Source of the DNA: Callorhinchus milii | Lineage: Eukaryota | Direction: 5' to 3' | Assembly: GCF_018977255.1 (NCBI RefSeq) | Contig: NW_024704742.1 | Location: 24,678,001-24,742,000 of the forward strand | Length of the DNA: 64,000 nt | Shown here: piece by piece, positions 11,843 through 22,556 of the stretch | Position numbering within the stretch: the first letter of the stretch is position 1 | Layout: the number at the start of each line of letters is the position of its first letter | The notes under the pieces: generated by a model | Database searches by the model: none | The model's input: the letters and a program-made list of their open reading frames with translations, nothing else | Told to the model about the DNA's origin: nothing | Position numbers and translations under genes: made by a program

Positions 11843-13682
11843 TCTGGTATACGATATACTAGACCAAAGTGTTAGTCTTTCTAGAGTAGTAAATAAGCTC
11901 AAGGTCCGATGTGGGGCTTGAACCCATTATCTACTAACCTAAAAGTGAGAGTGTTACTGAGTCCAACTGGTGCGGTTATGAACCAACACTGCACTGGAGA
12001 ATAAAGAATGTGAATATTTACAGAGCAACAACAATTAGTTTTGTATTCCTTCATTTTCATTGCAGATCAAAGGCTAGTAAGTGAAACAAAACTAACCCTT
12101 GTGTTTTTATTGCTTCCGGCTAAATTATATGATTGCCTGCTCAAGTGTCCTATGGTTTCCGGGAATTGTATGGTTGTGGTACGAACTGGCTTGCAGATGT
12201 GTCTTTTGTTTTTACTGCTCAAACCCTTTTATAAAGGGATCCGTGACGTCTGTGAATGGAATTTCCCAGTAATTAGTACCAATGATTGCTTGTAGTCATG
12301 AATTATCTGTCTTATAGGTTCCCATAGTTATTGCATTAATCACCAATGTTCAGAAGCATAATTTGAAAATGGTATACATTTTCCAGATGCTTGATTGCTC
12401 CAATACCCTCTTTTACTTCTGTTCATTCATTTAATGTGCTTTCTTCCATGTAACACAATTGTAAAGCTGACTGCCTCCCCCGACTCCCTCACCCACTCCC
12501 AAGCTCTGGAGAAAAGTCCCAGCACATAAATAGCGCAACAACAACATGCGTCAACATAGCTTCATAACATAATAGAGTGAAACAAGTGATTTTTTTCAAG
12601 TGAAAAACTAAATAATTTGAAAATCTGCAATCCATGAATTTGTTTGCTCAGCATGGATGAGCATAATGATTTGTTAAGGTGTGCTTTTATTGTTTATTTG
12701 TAAATATAGTTATCAAACTTTAGTTGTATGGTTACCAGTGTACCATTTTATTCCAGAGACCAGAATGAAGAGTGGAGTGAATGGATAGAAGAATAGGGCT
12801 GGACGAAATTGCTCAGGAAGAGAGCCAAGACCATTTAAGAACTTGAAAATCAGGACATGAATCGTACCCTTGATTTGCTGAAATACTGGGAGCTGATGGA
12901 GCTTGGCAAGGATAGAGAAATGAATATGTACAGCTCAGAGTAGTGGGGCTTTAGAGTTTTGGAAGAATTTTTAGAGTTTATAGAGGATGGAGGCAAGTGA
13001 GGAGAGCTTAGAAAACATGTAAAAAGTATGCAAAATTTGTTTGAGAAGAAAATGTACATGTTAGATGTGTAAACGGGCAATGAAACTGACTAAATAAAGC
13101 AATTTATATGTGTATCATTATTCATTCATTAGTTGTAGTTTTACCTACAAAATATACAGTCAATTAACCTTGCAGTATAATCTGTGAAGAGCTTTGAGAC
13201 GTCTTGAAAACCCTATATCAAATGCAGGAATTATTATTATCTAAGTGGTGTCAGAAATAATATTGAGTGTTCAGGAAAATTAGATTTTCATTAAAAAGGC
13301 CTTAATGATAGGAAAAGTACATTGTAAAATAGTGTTACAAGATTATTTAATTCTGTATTTTGTTTTAAAAAAAATAACTAAATTCTAATAAGAAATAAAG
13401 TTTTAAACAGAAAGTTATATGACTTGTTGAGATTTGGTGTCTGATGCGATGGGTCACAAGTACAGCCAAAGAGAATTACTTAAGAAATTGTGGCCCTGTA
13501 AATGAGGTACTTAGCTTCCAGTTCATTACTGCTGCTGTGGATGTACAGATTTAAAAAAAAGTGTTCTCACTGTTATATTATTGTGGCAATCTTGCCTGTT
13601 GGGTTAGCGGAAACTTAACATTGTGTTTTTGATGCACTCTGCCACAGTACAGGAAACGTCAGCTTTGTCAACACTCCCAGTC

Positions 13683-13688
13683 TTTATT
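13683..13688 (-). promoter_or_regulatory. Candidate distal polyadenylation signal of SFRP2
   Basis: AATAAA on the minus strand about 1.7 kb after the stop, at the end of an AT-rich UTR-like tract. Confidence 0.35.
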
Positions 13689-14145
13689 TCAAGTAAGTGA
13701 AGCATTTTAGTAAGATATCTTAAAAGCTTGAAAGAAAGAACGGTTTTAACGATTGAATTGGATACATATACAACCACAGAAATGGAATATCAGGACATCT
13801 ATGTACAAGAATATACTGTTTATCTGAATTATTTACACAATCACCAAGCAATATTTACAACCTTTGCAGATAATCTTACAATAAAGCAAATTAAATTGCA
13901 GGTATGTTTGTACTAAATCGCCAGAGAAATGCAAAGAACAGAAGTTGGTGATGCACTCCGAGCTTACAAATGTCACAGTTTCCTTGGTTTACACAGGAGT
14001 ATGAATGCTGTGATGTTACTGAGAGAGTAACAGTATTGTTTTGACTAGAATACAACAAATTCCATGATGTCAACCCAACTTTTTTAATGAATGAACTTTT
14101 TAATGTGATATTCTGTATCATTTTTCTCTGTGGCATTAATTTACA

Positions 14146-14575
14146 AGAGCACTCGCTTCACAAGCGAGAGGACCTGGATTTGATTCCCGGGCAGGGCGAA
14201 ATGTTAGGCAAGTTTCCTTACTCCACATGCTTCTGTTTACCTGGTGGTAACTCGGAACTGATTGTTAGTCGATTTGTGGATCGCTTTTCCAGGAGTAATA
14301 ATTCCTTCAAAAAATGTTTTAAAATAATTTGGTAACTCAATCCATGGCTGCTTGTGGGACACTGCTGTGTGCAATTGGCTGCCATGTTTTGCCCACAAAT
14401 ATACAGTCCATTCACTTCACAGTATATTCTGTGAAGCGCTTTGAGACATCTAGAAGGTGTGAAAAGCGCTATATCAAATGCAAGGATTATGATTATTATT
14501 ATATTGTGTGACATGCTTTGAGACGTCTCGAAGACGTGATGAGGAACTATATCAAATGCAAGGATTATTATTATA
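14146..14575 (+). mobile_element. Older long-form SINE (extra central domain) with a second tail, downstream of the SFRP2 stop
   Basis: Partial tRNA head, ctgtttacc...gtaac central block, Deu-type 3' body, two tatatcaaatgcaaggatta tails. Confidence 0.85.
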
Positions 14576-15242
14576 CACAAAGATACACCTACTGTTTCTT
14601 AACAAAAAGTATCATGAAAATGGTATAGAATCAGGGATGTAAAATATACCACATCTGCATTAAGAAACTATTTGTTTCAAGCTAATCCAAGCGGTGTCTA
14701 ATGATGGGTAAATTAACAGTATTTAGTACTTAGTACAAGGGAATGAAAGATAATATTAGTAAAAGGGTGAAAAATTCCCAAAGGGAGTTTCACCATTTAT
14801 AGCTTTTATAGCGGAAAGTTTACTGGGTTTACCATATTTTGCTGAATTGTTCATGGTTTAAGAGTAGCTCAAATCATGCAAACCAGTCATGGATGCTGAT
14901 TGCTAAAGAAATGTTCTCTACATTTACCATTGCATGCAAATTATTTTTTTACCCAGTGGAAACCTTTGTGAAATATGATTCTTGGATATTTATATAAAGA
15001 AAAAAAGTTTGAATCTCTGACTACCTTTCTGCTGTTTTCAGCCCCTGGCTGGCTGTAGTGTTTTTGTTTGTTTTGCCTACTTTGAAAGAAATGGTGAATG
15101 AAGGCTTAATGAACTGTGTAGCAGAGTCTGATCAATGGCAATCCTGTCCTGTAAAACTCACTCTTGAAAATAAAATTGACTCCAGTGAGAATAGGAAAAT
15201 GTCTTGCTCTAACTACACGAGCAGCAACAAGGACAACAGAGA

Positions 15243-15248
15243 TTTATT
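15243..15248 (-). promoter_or_regulatory. Candidate proximal polyadenylation signal of SFRP2
   Basis: AATAAA on the minus strand about 170 nt after the stop, followed by GU-rich sequence. Confidence 0.35.
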
Positions 15249-15416
15249 TTTCAGCGAAAGTTTCACTTTGTCAGAAATCAGAGACGGAACTTTAGGTTAA
15301 TGAATGAGAAACACGAGTATTGCGAATAAACGAGAAGAGTAACCAAATGTGATGTGTAGTATTTTCCTAAGTGTTACATGCAACAAAGAAAAACAAAAGA
15401 GAGAAGGGGGGGCAAT

Positions 15417-15721
15417 CTAACACTGCAGTTTACGGATGCTCCTAGCGATTCTCTTAAACTCTCGCTGCCCTTTCTGCCATCGCTTGACTGAGGTTATGAC
15501 CAGGTTCCCATCAAGCTTTTGTCCCATCACTAAGTAGGGGGCGTTGATGTCATTCATCTCATCACAGGTACACTGCAGGCCATCCTTCAGCCACAAGGCA
15601 GTCTTCCTCAGATCTTTCTCAGTCACTCCATTCAGCTTGTAAATGGTTTTGCTCTTGGTCTCCGGGATGATCTTTGTGTCTCCATTGATGTAGGAGATTT
15701 CTTTCACTTTTATCTTCAGGG
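15417..15721 (-). CDS. SFRP2: SFRP2 coding exon 3 (NTR domain to stop), 305 nt
   Basis: Acceptor cctaattag|CC CTG AAG ATA. Encodes (A)LKIKVKEISYINGDTKII...KRWQKGQREFKRIARSIRKLQC followed by TAG at 15419-15417. The three exons total 915 nt and stay in frame. Confidence 0.97.
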
Positions 15722-16640
15722 CTAATTAGGAAAAGGGGTTAAAAGGTGACTTGTTAACACTCAGTGGGGGGAAAGCGGAAAGGGATTTGTTTTTAAACAA
15801 AAGGAAAAAAACAGTCACTGATTTCCTAATGAAACTGTCAAGGCGACAAAGCTTGGAAAGATGCAGACAGCAGGTGGCTTCATTTCCAGCACTGGAAACA
15901 TTAGCATGAATTCCTCCCTCCCTCCCTGCCTCCCTCCCACACAAACGATGAAAAGAGAAAGGGCATTTTCTTGCTCTTTCTTCTTTTTTTACCCAAAGCA
16001 TAGCTTTTAATCACAACGTGCCAGATTACAGCATAAAGAACCTGGCCAAATTCTTACAGCCTTGTTAGTGGAGGGCTCCAGTGCAGCTGGAAACATTTGG
16101 CATGTATTTCATCTCAACTGAATCAATAAAACACAGGCTCCTGCTTGTAAAACAAGCCACTCACACGATGTTCATCCAAGTCCAATGCTGGGTACCAGGC
16201 TTACTCATCACCAGCTGCTGAATCGCAGGTGGCTGGCACCTCCCAAGCTGTCCTGTAAAGGTCCTCCCACCACACTGAAGGCAAATGCCTGCCAGGTAGC
16301 TGATGAGGAAACTCTGAGGCTTGGGGCTACAGCTGCTGGAAGATGTTACCTGGAGTTGAAGTTCATGAACACAGTTTGTACGTCCAGCGCCTGAAATCCA
16401 CCTTAATTGGCCTGCAGAGAGGCAAGCTTAAACTCTTAAACTGCTTAAACTCCGCACGTCTAATTGGTGGAACCATTGCTCAATGAACATGTGCTGAAGC
16501 TGCACATAGGAAGATGGTGCCAATGCTCTCACGCATTTCATGCTGAGCTGTGTTGCCTACCAAGAAGCTTGCAGGGAGTTCCATCCACCTAGTGAGGGCT
16601 CAAAAGCGTGCTTGTTGGATATTAAATAACCAACTAGTGA

Positions 16641-17253
16641 CTATCCGCCTTGGGGTGTGGGGGAGGTAAGCGGGGTCTCCTGAACTAGCTCCAAGGTGAC
16701 ATGTTTGGAAAAACATTGGATGTTAGAATTGAGCCAGCCCTCTGTGGTGGTCTCAGTAGTCTGGTCACTGAGCCAAGCAAGTCCGCAGTACTCCAATGCA
16801 CTTCTGATGATAGACCAGCCAGCCTGGCTCATCAGCAGAACTTGGAAGGACAGACAAGTCACTGGGGGAAGGGAGTCAACCCACTCAGCTCCTGTTAACG
16901 TTACAAGCCAAAGCCCTAATGGGTAGGGTGGTCCTTGCTGACAAGCAGCGGGAAAGCTTGCCAGACAGTATTATCAATGGCAAGCTATGCGGTTTTAGCT
17001 GGTTAGACTCCAGAAGTTACCCCAACACGCACTCTGGGGTCCCCAAGCCTGGTTCCTGCTAATCTGCATCTAATACTCTCCAGAATTAGGTCAGCAGGAT
17101 GTGATCTTCTAGGAAGTAAGTGCGCATTGCATTCCAACAACCTTATCTCTGGGATTTCCATGCGTAGGTGGGATATATGGAAATCTCAGTTTGGTTTGGA
17201 AACTCTTAAGCATGGTGATAGATTTCCACATGTGTCTGACACCCAGCTGACCG
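16641..17253 (+). repeat. Unclassified ~610-bp interspersed repeat, in SFRP2 intron 2
   Basis: Colinear homology to 33372-33978 (-) and 23494-23945 (-), with fragments elsewhere. Confidence 0.85.
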
Positions 17254-17695
17254 AAAATTAAATATGATCATTTAACAATCCTCTCTTTTTTTTAACACTG
17301 ATCTTCAGCGCATCCAAGACTTCAGCTATACCTGACTGCTTAATTCTGATTTCTTTAAATAAAAAAAGACATTAATAAATTGCTGATAGGTTGCTCTCTT
17401 GGGAGTTTTGCGTGAAGCTATAGGGTGAATATTCGATTAAATAAAACCGTGGGGGTTCTTTTTAAAGGAACCAGAGCTTAGAGGGAAATCACATGTTCAC
17501 CCCCCCCACCCCCCTTTAAGACACAGCAAGAGAGCAGACGGCAATAGAGGCTTTCAACTGATGCACAGCATCCAATTAATAGCCAAAGTGCCTTAAATAT
17601 GGTAAGTCGCTTAAATATTGCCCCTTTCCTTAAGTGCCTTAAGTATAACTTTTAGGAAGAGAGATTGCAGTTTGGAGAACATCCCCACCACTTAC

Positions 17696-17776
17696 CAAAG
17701 TCATTTTTGCAGTAACTCTCCACGATCTCGTTGTCGTTTTCCGCATTATCTTTACAAGCCTCGCACACTCTGGGCT
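17696..17776 (-). CDS. SFRP2: SFRP2 coding exon 2 (start of NTR domain), 81 nt
   Basis: Acceptor tttcag| and donor G|GTAAGT. Encodes (E)PRVCEACKDNAENDNEIVESYCKNDF, matching the SFRP2 PKVCEACK...CKNDF exon. Phase 1 at both ends. Confidence 0.96.
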
Positions 17777-17879
17777 CTGAAATCAACACACACAAACACA
17801 CACAACGCTGCCTGAGATATTTGCAGCACAAGATTACAGCAGCAAAGCAGACTCGACTTTTCACCCAGTCTTAACCTGT

Positions 17880-17958
17880 AAGCGATCTTGTCTTAAGCGC
17901 TCTGAGACGCCGTCCGGCGTGGAGGGCGCTATATAAATCCAAGTTGTTGTTGTTGTTG
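17880..17958 (+). mobile_element. L2 3'-tail fragment in SFRP2 intron 1
   Basis: taagcgctctgagacgcc...ggagggcgctatataaatccaag(ttg)n, closely similar to 56382-56440. Confidence 0.8.
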
Positions 17959-18287
17959 CCTTAACCTTTTTTTAAGGTCTCGTCCTCAGAATTGTGGAAA
18001 ATACTCAAATTCAGTCTGAATTTGGAAGGGGGTTTAATCGGAGAAAATCGGTTTCCAAATTAAAAGTGAATGAATTGGCACATTTTAAAAATAGTAATTA
18101 AAAAATGTTCCCAAATTCTGTGTCATTTTAAATTATAAGACAAGGAGTGCCTTTGCACAGAATAAGACTTGGTGGAAACGTTTTAGATTTTGTAAATAAA
18201 AGAGGTAAACAGTGTCACTCAATAACCTTGGGCTAACCACTTTCTCTCTTGATTTCTCCCTCCCTTACAAGATGTCCCGGAGTATCC

Positions 18288-18318
<31 letters not shown>

Positions 18319-19587
18319 ATGTGGAGAACTGAGAGGGGGAAGGAGAGCAGCTCTCTTCGAAACTTGCATGATCTAATCCCCAGTCTGAGGTCCTGAGACA
18401 TTTGCACCTCGCTGTAAACTGAGCGCACCCCCAACCCCCGGGTTGGAAGAAGAATAAACATTACACGAAAGAAGGGTTGGGGTAGGTAAACAGCAGGAGG
18501 GAAGGACTCCTCCTATTCTCTCACAAGTGACCAGATAATCTTTACAGTTAAACAGACTGACTGCTTGATCCGCTGTCTGCACACTCACACTCTCAATCAC
18601 ACCTCAAAAATACTAATACTCTTTTTTTATATTTACTGATGGGCTTTTAAATGCATTGATTTGTTTCCTCTTCAAATAACTTGGCATTGGATATGAGCCA
18701 TTTTGAAGCTACTACAAATTTACGTTTATAGTTTATTAAGTGTGGATTTTATATACAATATATATCTGTTATAAATCAGCCAAAGCGTTCATTCCCAAGA
18801 CAGTCTTTTATGTGAAAAGTGCTATGTAAATGCAAGTTGCTGTAATTCTCATTTAGTAGCTGTTTGAAAAGCCTGTGTTTCTAAGGGAGCTGCATCTTGC
18901 ACATCTGTAATACATTTCAACTTTTTGAAAAAAAAAGACAGCTTTCCAGAAATACAAAGTAAAGTTTTTTTGTGTGGAAAAAAAAAGCAGAGATGAAAAT
19001 CACCCAAATTATTTCATAGGACAAAAAGATTACCATCCAAGATATTTTGCAATGGGCATTTTTTTTTCTGGAGAGATCTACGATTTCGATAAAGGTGACG
19101 AAAGGTTGTTTGGAGAGAAAAAAAACACGTGAAAAAATAATACAACGCAAACATTATTGGCAGGTAGCTTTGCTGTATAACGGGGCATCACTGAAGTATG
19201 TTCACCAGTGCTCCTTGTGCTCTGTGATGTACTGTATAACCATTCACCATCTTCTCTGCTGCATATAATGTTTTGCTATATTGCAGGTTAGGGATCTAAG
19301 CTTTCAAACACATCAATCTGAACCGAATCCAAAAAAAAATCCCCACCGGTGTTTGCATAAATATAAACGTTGTAACAGCACACAGCTAATTTGACAGTGC
19401 AATGCATTTCAGCAGTCCATTGGTGACTCAAACATTTTGCTTAAGTATAGAAATAACTATAACTGGTATACTTTTATAAGCATAAACTATATGTTTGAGT
19501 GAGCTTTTAAATTAAAACTATATGTGTATATATATATATCACAGTATATGTTTAAGTGAGCTTTTGTACATAACCAGAGACTACAGT

Positions 19588-19897
19588 GGAGTCCTGTAGC
19601 TCAGTGGTTAGAGCACTCGCTTTGCAAGCAAGAGACCCGAATTCCAGGCAGGGTGAAACCTTGGGTCAGTTTCCTTACTCTACACGCCTAATAATAATCC
19701 CTCCAAACACCAAAACAATAATAAATTGGTCATTTTCAATCTACGACTGTTTGTGGGACATTGCTGTGCGCAATTGGCTGCCGCGTTCGCCCACAAATAT
19801 ACAGTCAATTCACTTTACAGTGTGTTCTGTGAAGCGCTTCGGGACGTCCTCCCGACGTGAAAAGCGCTATATTAAATGCAAGGATTATTATTATTAT
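19588..19897 (+). mobile_element. Young SINE in SFRP2 intron 1, antisense to the gene
   Basis: Full head-to-tail match to the 4057-4388 family; about 100 bp from the exon 1 donor. Confidence 0.92.
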
Positions 19898-19997
19898 ATA
19901 TATATATATCATCCTATTTGAGCTATATAGTTAAGTGAGCTCTAGACTCCTGGAATACATAATAGTGCACGTTCCCCTCGCAGTCAGCCCGACTAAC

Positions 19998-20526
19998 CTT
20001 CCTTGGGCACAGTGAGGTGCTCGTTGGAGTCCGCCGGTGGGATGCACAGGTCGTTATCCTCCGGGAAACGATTGCACTCCAGCATGTCGGGCCAGGGGAA
20101 GCCGAAGGCTGACATGACCGGCGAGCAGCTGCCCCTCACCTGCTCGCACAGCGACCGGCACGGCTGGATCGGCTCGTCCAGCTCGTCGATGCAGACGGGG
20201 GCGAAGAGGGAGCACAGGAACTTCATGGTGTCGGGGTGGCACTGCTTCTGCACCAGGGGGATCCAGGAGCCGGCCTGCTGCAGCACCTCCTTCATGGTTT
20301 CGTGCCCCAGCAGGTTGGGCAGCCGCATCTCGGGGTACTCGATGCCGTGGCACAGCACCAGGGTGGCCGGGATGGGCTTGCAGTTCCTGCGCCTGGAGGA
20401 GAACTCGGGCTGACCGTAGGGATACATCCCCCCGACCGCGTCCAGGCAGAGCGCGGCGGCCAGGCACAGGGGCACCAGGCACAGGGGCACCGGGCACAGG
20501 GGCACCGGGCACACCCGGGAGGGCAT
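19998..20526 (-). CDS. SFRP2: SFRP2 coding exon 1 (signal peptide + Frizzled cysteine-rich domain), 529 nt
   Basis: ATG at 20526. Translation ...GQPEFSSRRRNCKPIPATLVLCHGIEYPEMRLPNLLGHETMKEVLQQAGSWIPLVQKQCHPDT...FGFPWPDMLECNRFPEDNDLCIP is SFRP2-type CRD. Ends GAA G|GTTAGT (donor GT at 19997-19996), phase 1. Confidence 0.97.
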
Positions 20527-20574
20527 GACTGAGCAGATAGATCAGGCTCGGGATAAACCTGGGATGTTTTACTC

Positions 20575-20722
20575 CTCTCTCTCTCTCTCTTTTTCTCTCT
20601 CTCTTTTTTCTCTCTCTCCTTTTTTCTCTCTCTCACTCTTTTCTCTCTCTCTTTTTCTCTCTCTCTTTCTCTCTTTTTCTGGTTGTTTTTTTTTATTTTG
20701 CGATGATGCTTCTTGATTTTTC

Positions 20723-20753
<31 letters not shown>

Positions 20754-20795
20754 CCTCCCCTCCCTCCCTCCTCCTCCTCCTCCTCCTCCTCCTCC
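20575..20795. repeat. (CT)n/(CCT)n polypyrimidine microsatellites in the putative SFRP2 5' UTR
   Basis: Visible directly. Confidence 0.9.
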
Positions 20796-20819
20796 ACCAC
20801 CTCTCACCCAGATGTTGTG

Positions 20820-20950
20820 GCGCTGGACTGGGGGTCTGATGGCAATTCGCACCGTTTCCCCCGATGTTTAAAAGGAAAGGATGGGAGGAGTTCGGAGGGG
20901 GGAGAGGGGTCTCTGATAGGATGGTGGGAAGGACGGCGCTGTGGTTCTTG
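20820..20950 (-). promoter_or_regulatory. Putative SFRP2 proximal promoter
   Basis: Unique GC-rich stretch between two microsatellite blocks. TTTTAAA (TATA-like) at 20873-20867, Inr-like TCAGACC near 20837, RUNX-type TGTGGTT at 20940-20946. Exon 1 is CpG-dense. Confidence 0.4.
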
Positions 20951-21034
20951 AGAGAGAGACACAGACACACACAGACACACACACACACACAGACAGACGC
21001 AGACACACACATACACATACATACACACACACAT

Positions 21035-21065
<31 letters not shown>

Positions 21066-21420
21066 GACACACACACACATACACACAGACACACACACAC
21101 ACATAGACACACAGACACAGACACAGGCACACATACAGACACAGGGACACATACACACACATATACACAGACACACACATACACACACACACACATACAC
21201 ACAGACACACACACACACAGACACACACACACAGACACACATACAGACACAGGGACACATACACACACACAGACACAGGGACACATACACACACACATAC
21301 ACAGACACACAGACACACACACACACACTCACAGACGCACATATACACACACACGCACAGACCCCCCCCCCCCCACACACACACACACAGATACACACAC
21401 ACACACACACACACACACAG
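20951..21420. repeat. Compound (CA)n/(CAGA)/(CATA) microsatellite
   Basis: Visible directly. Confidence 0.95.
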
Positions 21421-21498
21421 GGCTTCGAGAAATTATCAATCATCGGGAGTTCTAAGCAGAATCCACACTTCATACAAAGCCACAGAGCCCTGACTGTC

Positions 21499-21543
21499 GT
21501 CTGTCTGTCTGTCTGGTGGTCTGTCCTGCAGTCCCTGTCTGCC

Positions 21544-21576
<33 letters not shown>

Positions 21577-21615
21577 GTCTGTCTGTCTGTCTGTCTGTGT
21601 GTCTGTCTGTCTGTC
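21499..21615. repeat. (GTCT)n microsatellite, imperfect
   Basis: Visible directly. Confidence 0.9.
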
Positions 21616-21799
21616 AGCGGCTCATCCGCCCCCTGACTCTTTGCACCGGACAACAGCAATTTTGTTTTACACACTGTATAGTGTTGGTAAGAAAGTGCCA
21701 ATCGCTGCACTTCACCAACTCAACTGCTGTGTCGGTCTGAATTGAACGCCGGGACTTGCAACAGCGCTGCCATCTGTGTTCACTTTTGGTAGTAACGTT

Positions 21800-22556
21800 A
21801 GGCTCCGCTGACTCGCCCAATGGATCCACGTCAAGATCCCCACATTCGTCTCCAAATCCCTTCGAGTCCTGGCACCTCCCTACCTCTCCGACCGCCTTAC
21901 CCCCCCAACCCGCAACCCGCTGCCTCCGCTCGACTGGCTCCATCCTACTGCTTGTCCCCCGGTACCCGCTGTTCCACCATTGGTGGCCTTGCTTTCAGCC
22001 ACTTTGCCCAGAAACTTGGGAACTCTCTCCCTCAATCCTTCTAATTATAATAATAATAATAATCCTTGCATTTGATATAGCGCTTTTCACGTCGGGAGGA
22101 CATCCCAAAGCGCTTCACAGAAGACACTGTAAAGTGAATTGACTGTATATTTGTGGGCGAACGCGGCAGCCAATTGCGCACAGCAATGTCCCACAAACAG
22201 TCGTAGATTGAAAATGACCAATTTTTTAATTATTGGTTTTGGTTTTGGAGGGATTATTATTAGGCTCTGTGTGGAGTAAGGAAACTTGCCCAAGGTTTCG
22301 CCCTCTGCCTGGAATTGAACTCAGGTCTCTCACTTGCAAAGCGAGTGCTCTAACCACTGAGCTACAGGACTCCACTAATTGCCCCATCCTTCCCCATCTT
22401 CAGGTCAGAGTGTGAAGACCTCGCTCTTCGACCGTGCCTACGGTCACCTCCCCCCTCCCCCCGGCTTTTTGTTGACCTCCACCATTTTCATGTGCTCTGG
22501 GATGCTACCCTGCCTGAGGGTGCTATATAAGTGCAAATTGTTGTTGTTGTTGTTGT
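21800..22556 (+). mobile_element. L2 3' fragment with a nested SINE
   Basis: Encodes ...RCSTIGGLAFSHFAQKLGNSLPQS; the L2 resumes after the SINE and ends gctatataagtgcaaa(ttg)n. Confidence 0.85.
22047..22373 (-). mobile_element. Young SINE with CTAATT target-site duplication
   Basis: Full-length family member; CTAATT at 22041-22046 and 22375-22380. Confidence 0.93.

Noticed and set aside
16300..16315. CTGATGAGGAAAC hammerhead-like core
   Set aside because: No room for stem II and no supporting stems.
19588..19655. tRNA genes at SINE heads
   Set aside because: A/B boxes run directly into the SINE body, with no complete acceptor stem or terminator.
20003..20852. Overlapping alternative and antisense ORFs across SFRP2 exon 1
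   Set aside because: Expected from the scarcity of stops in GC-rich and microsatellite sequence; no recognisable domain.
20569..21740. Long VC/HT-repeat ORFs (174-281 aa)
   Set aside because: Microsatellite translations.
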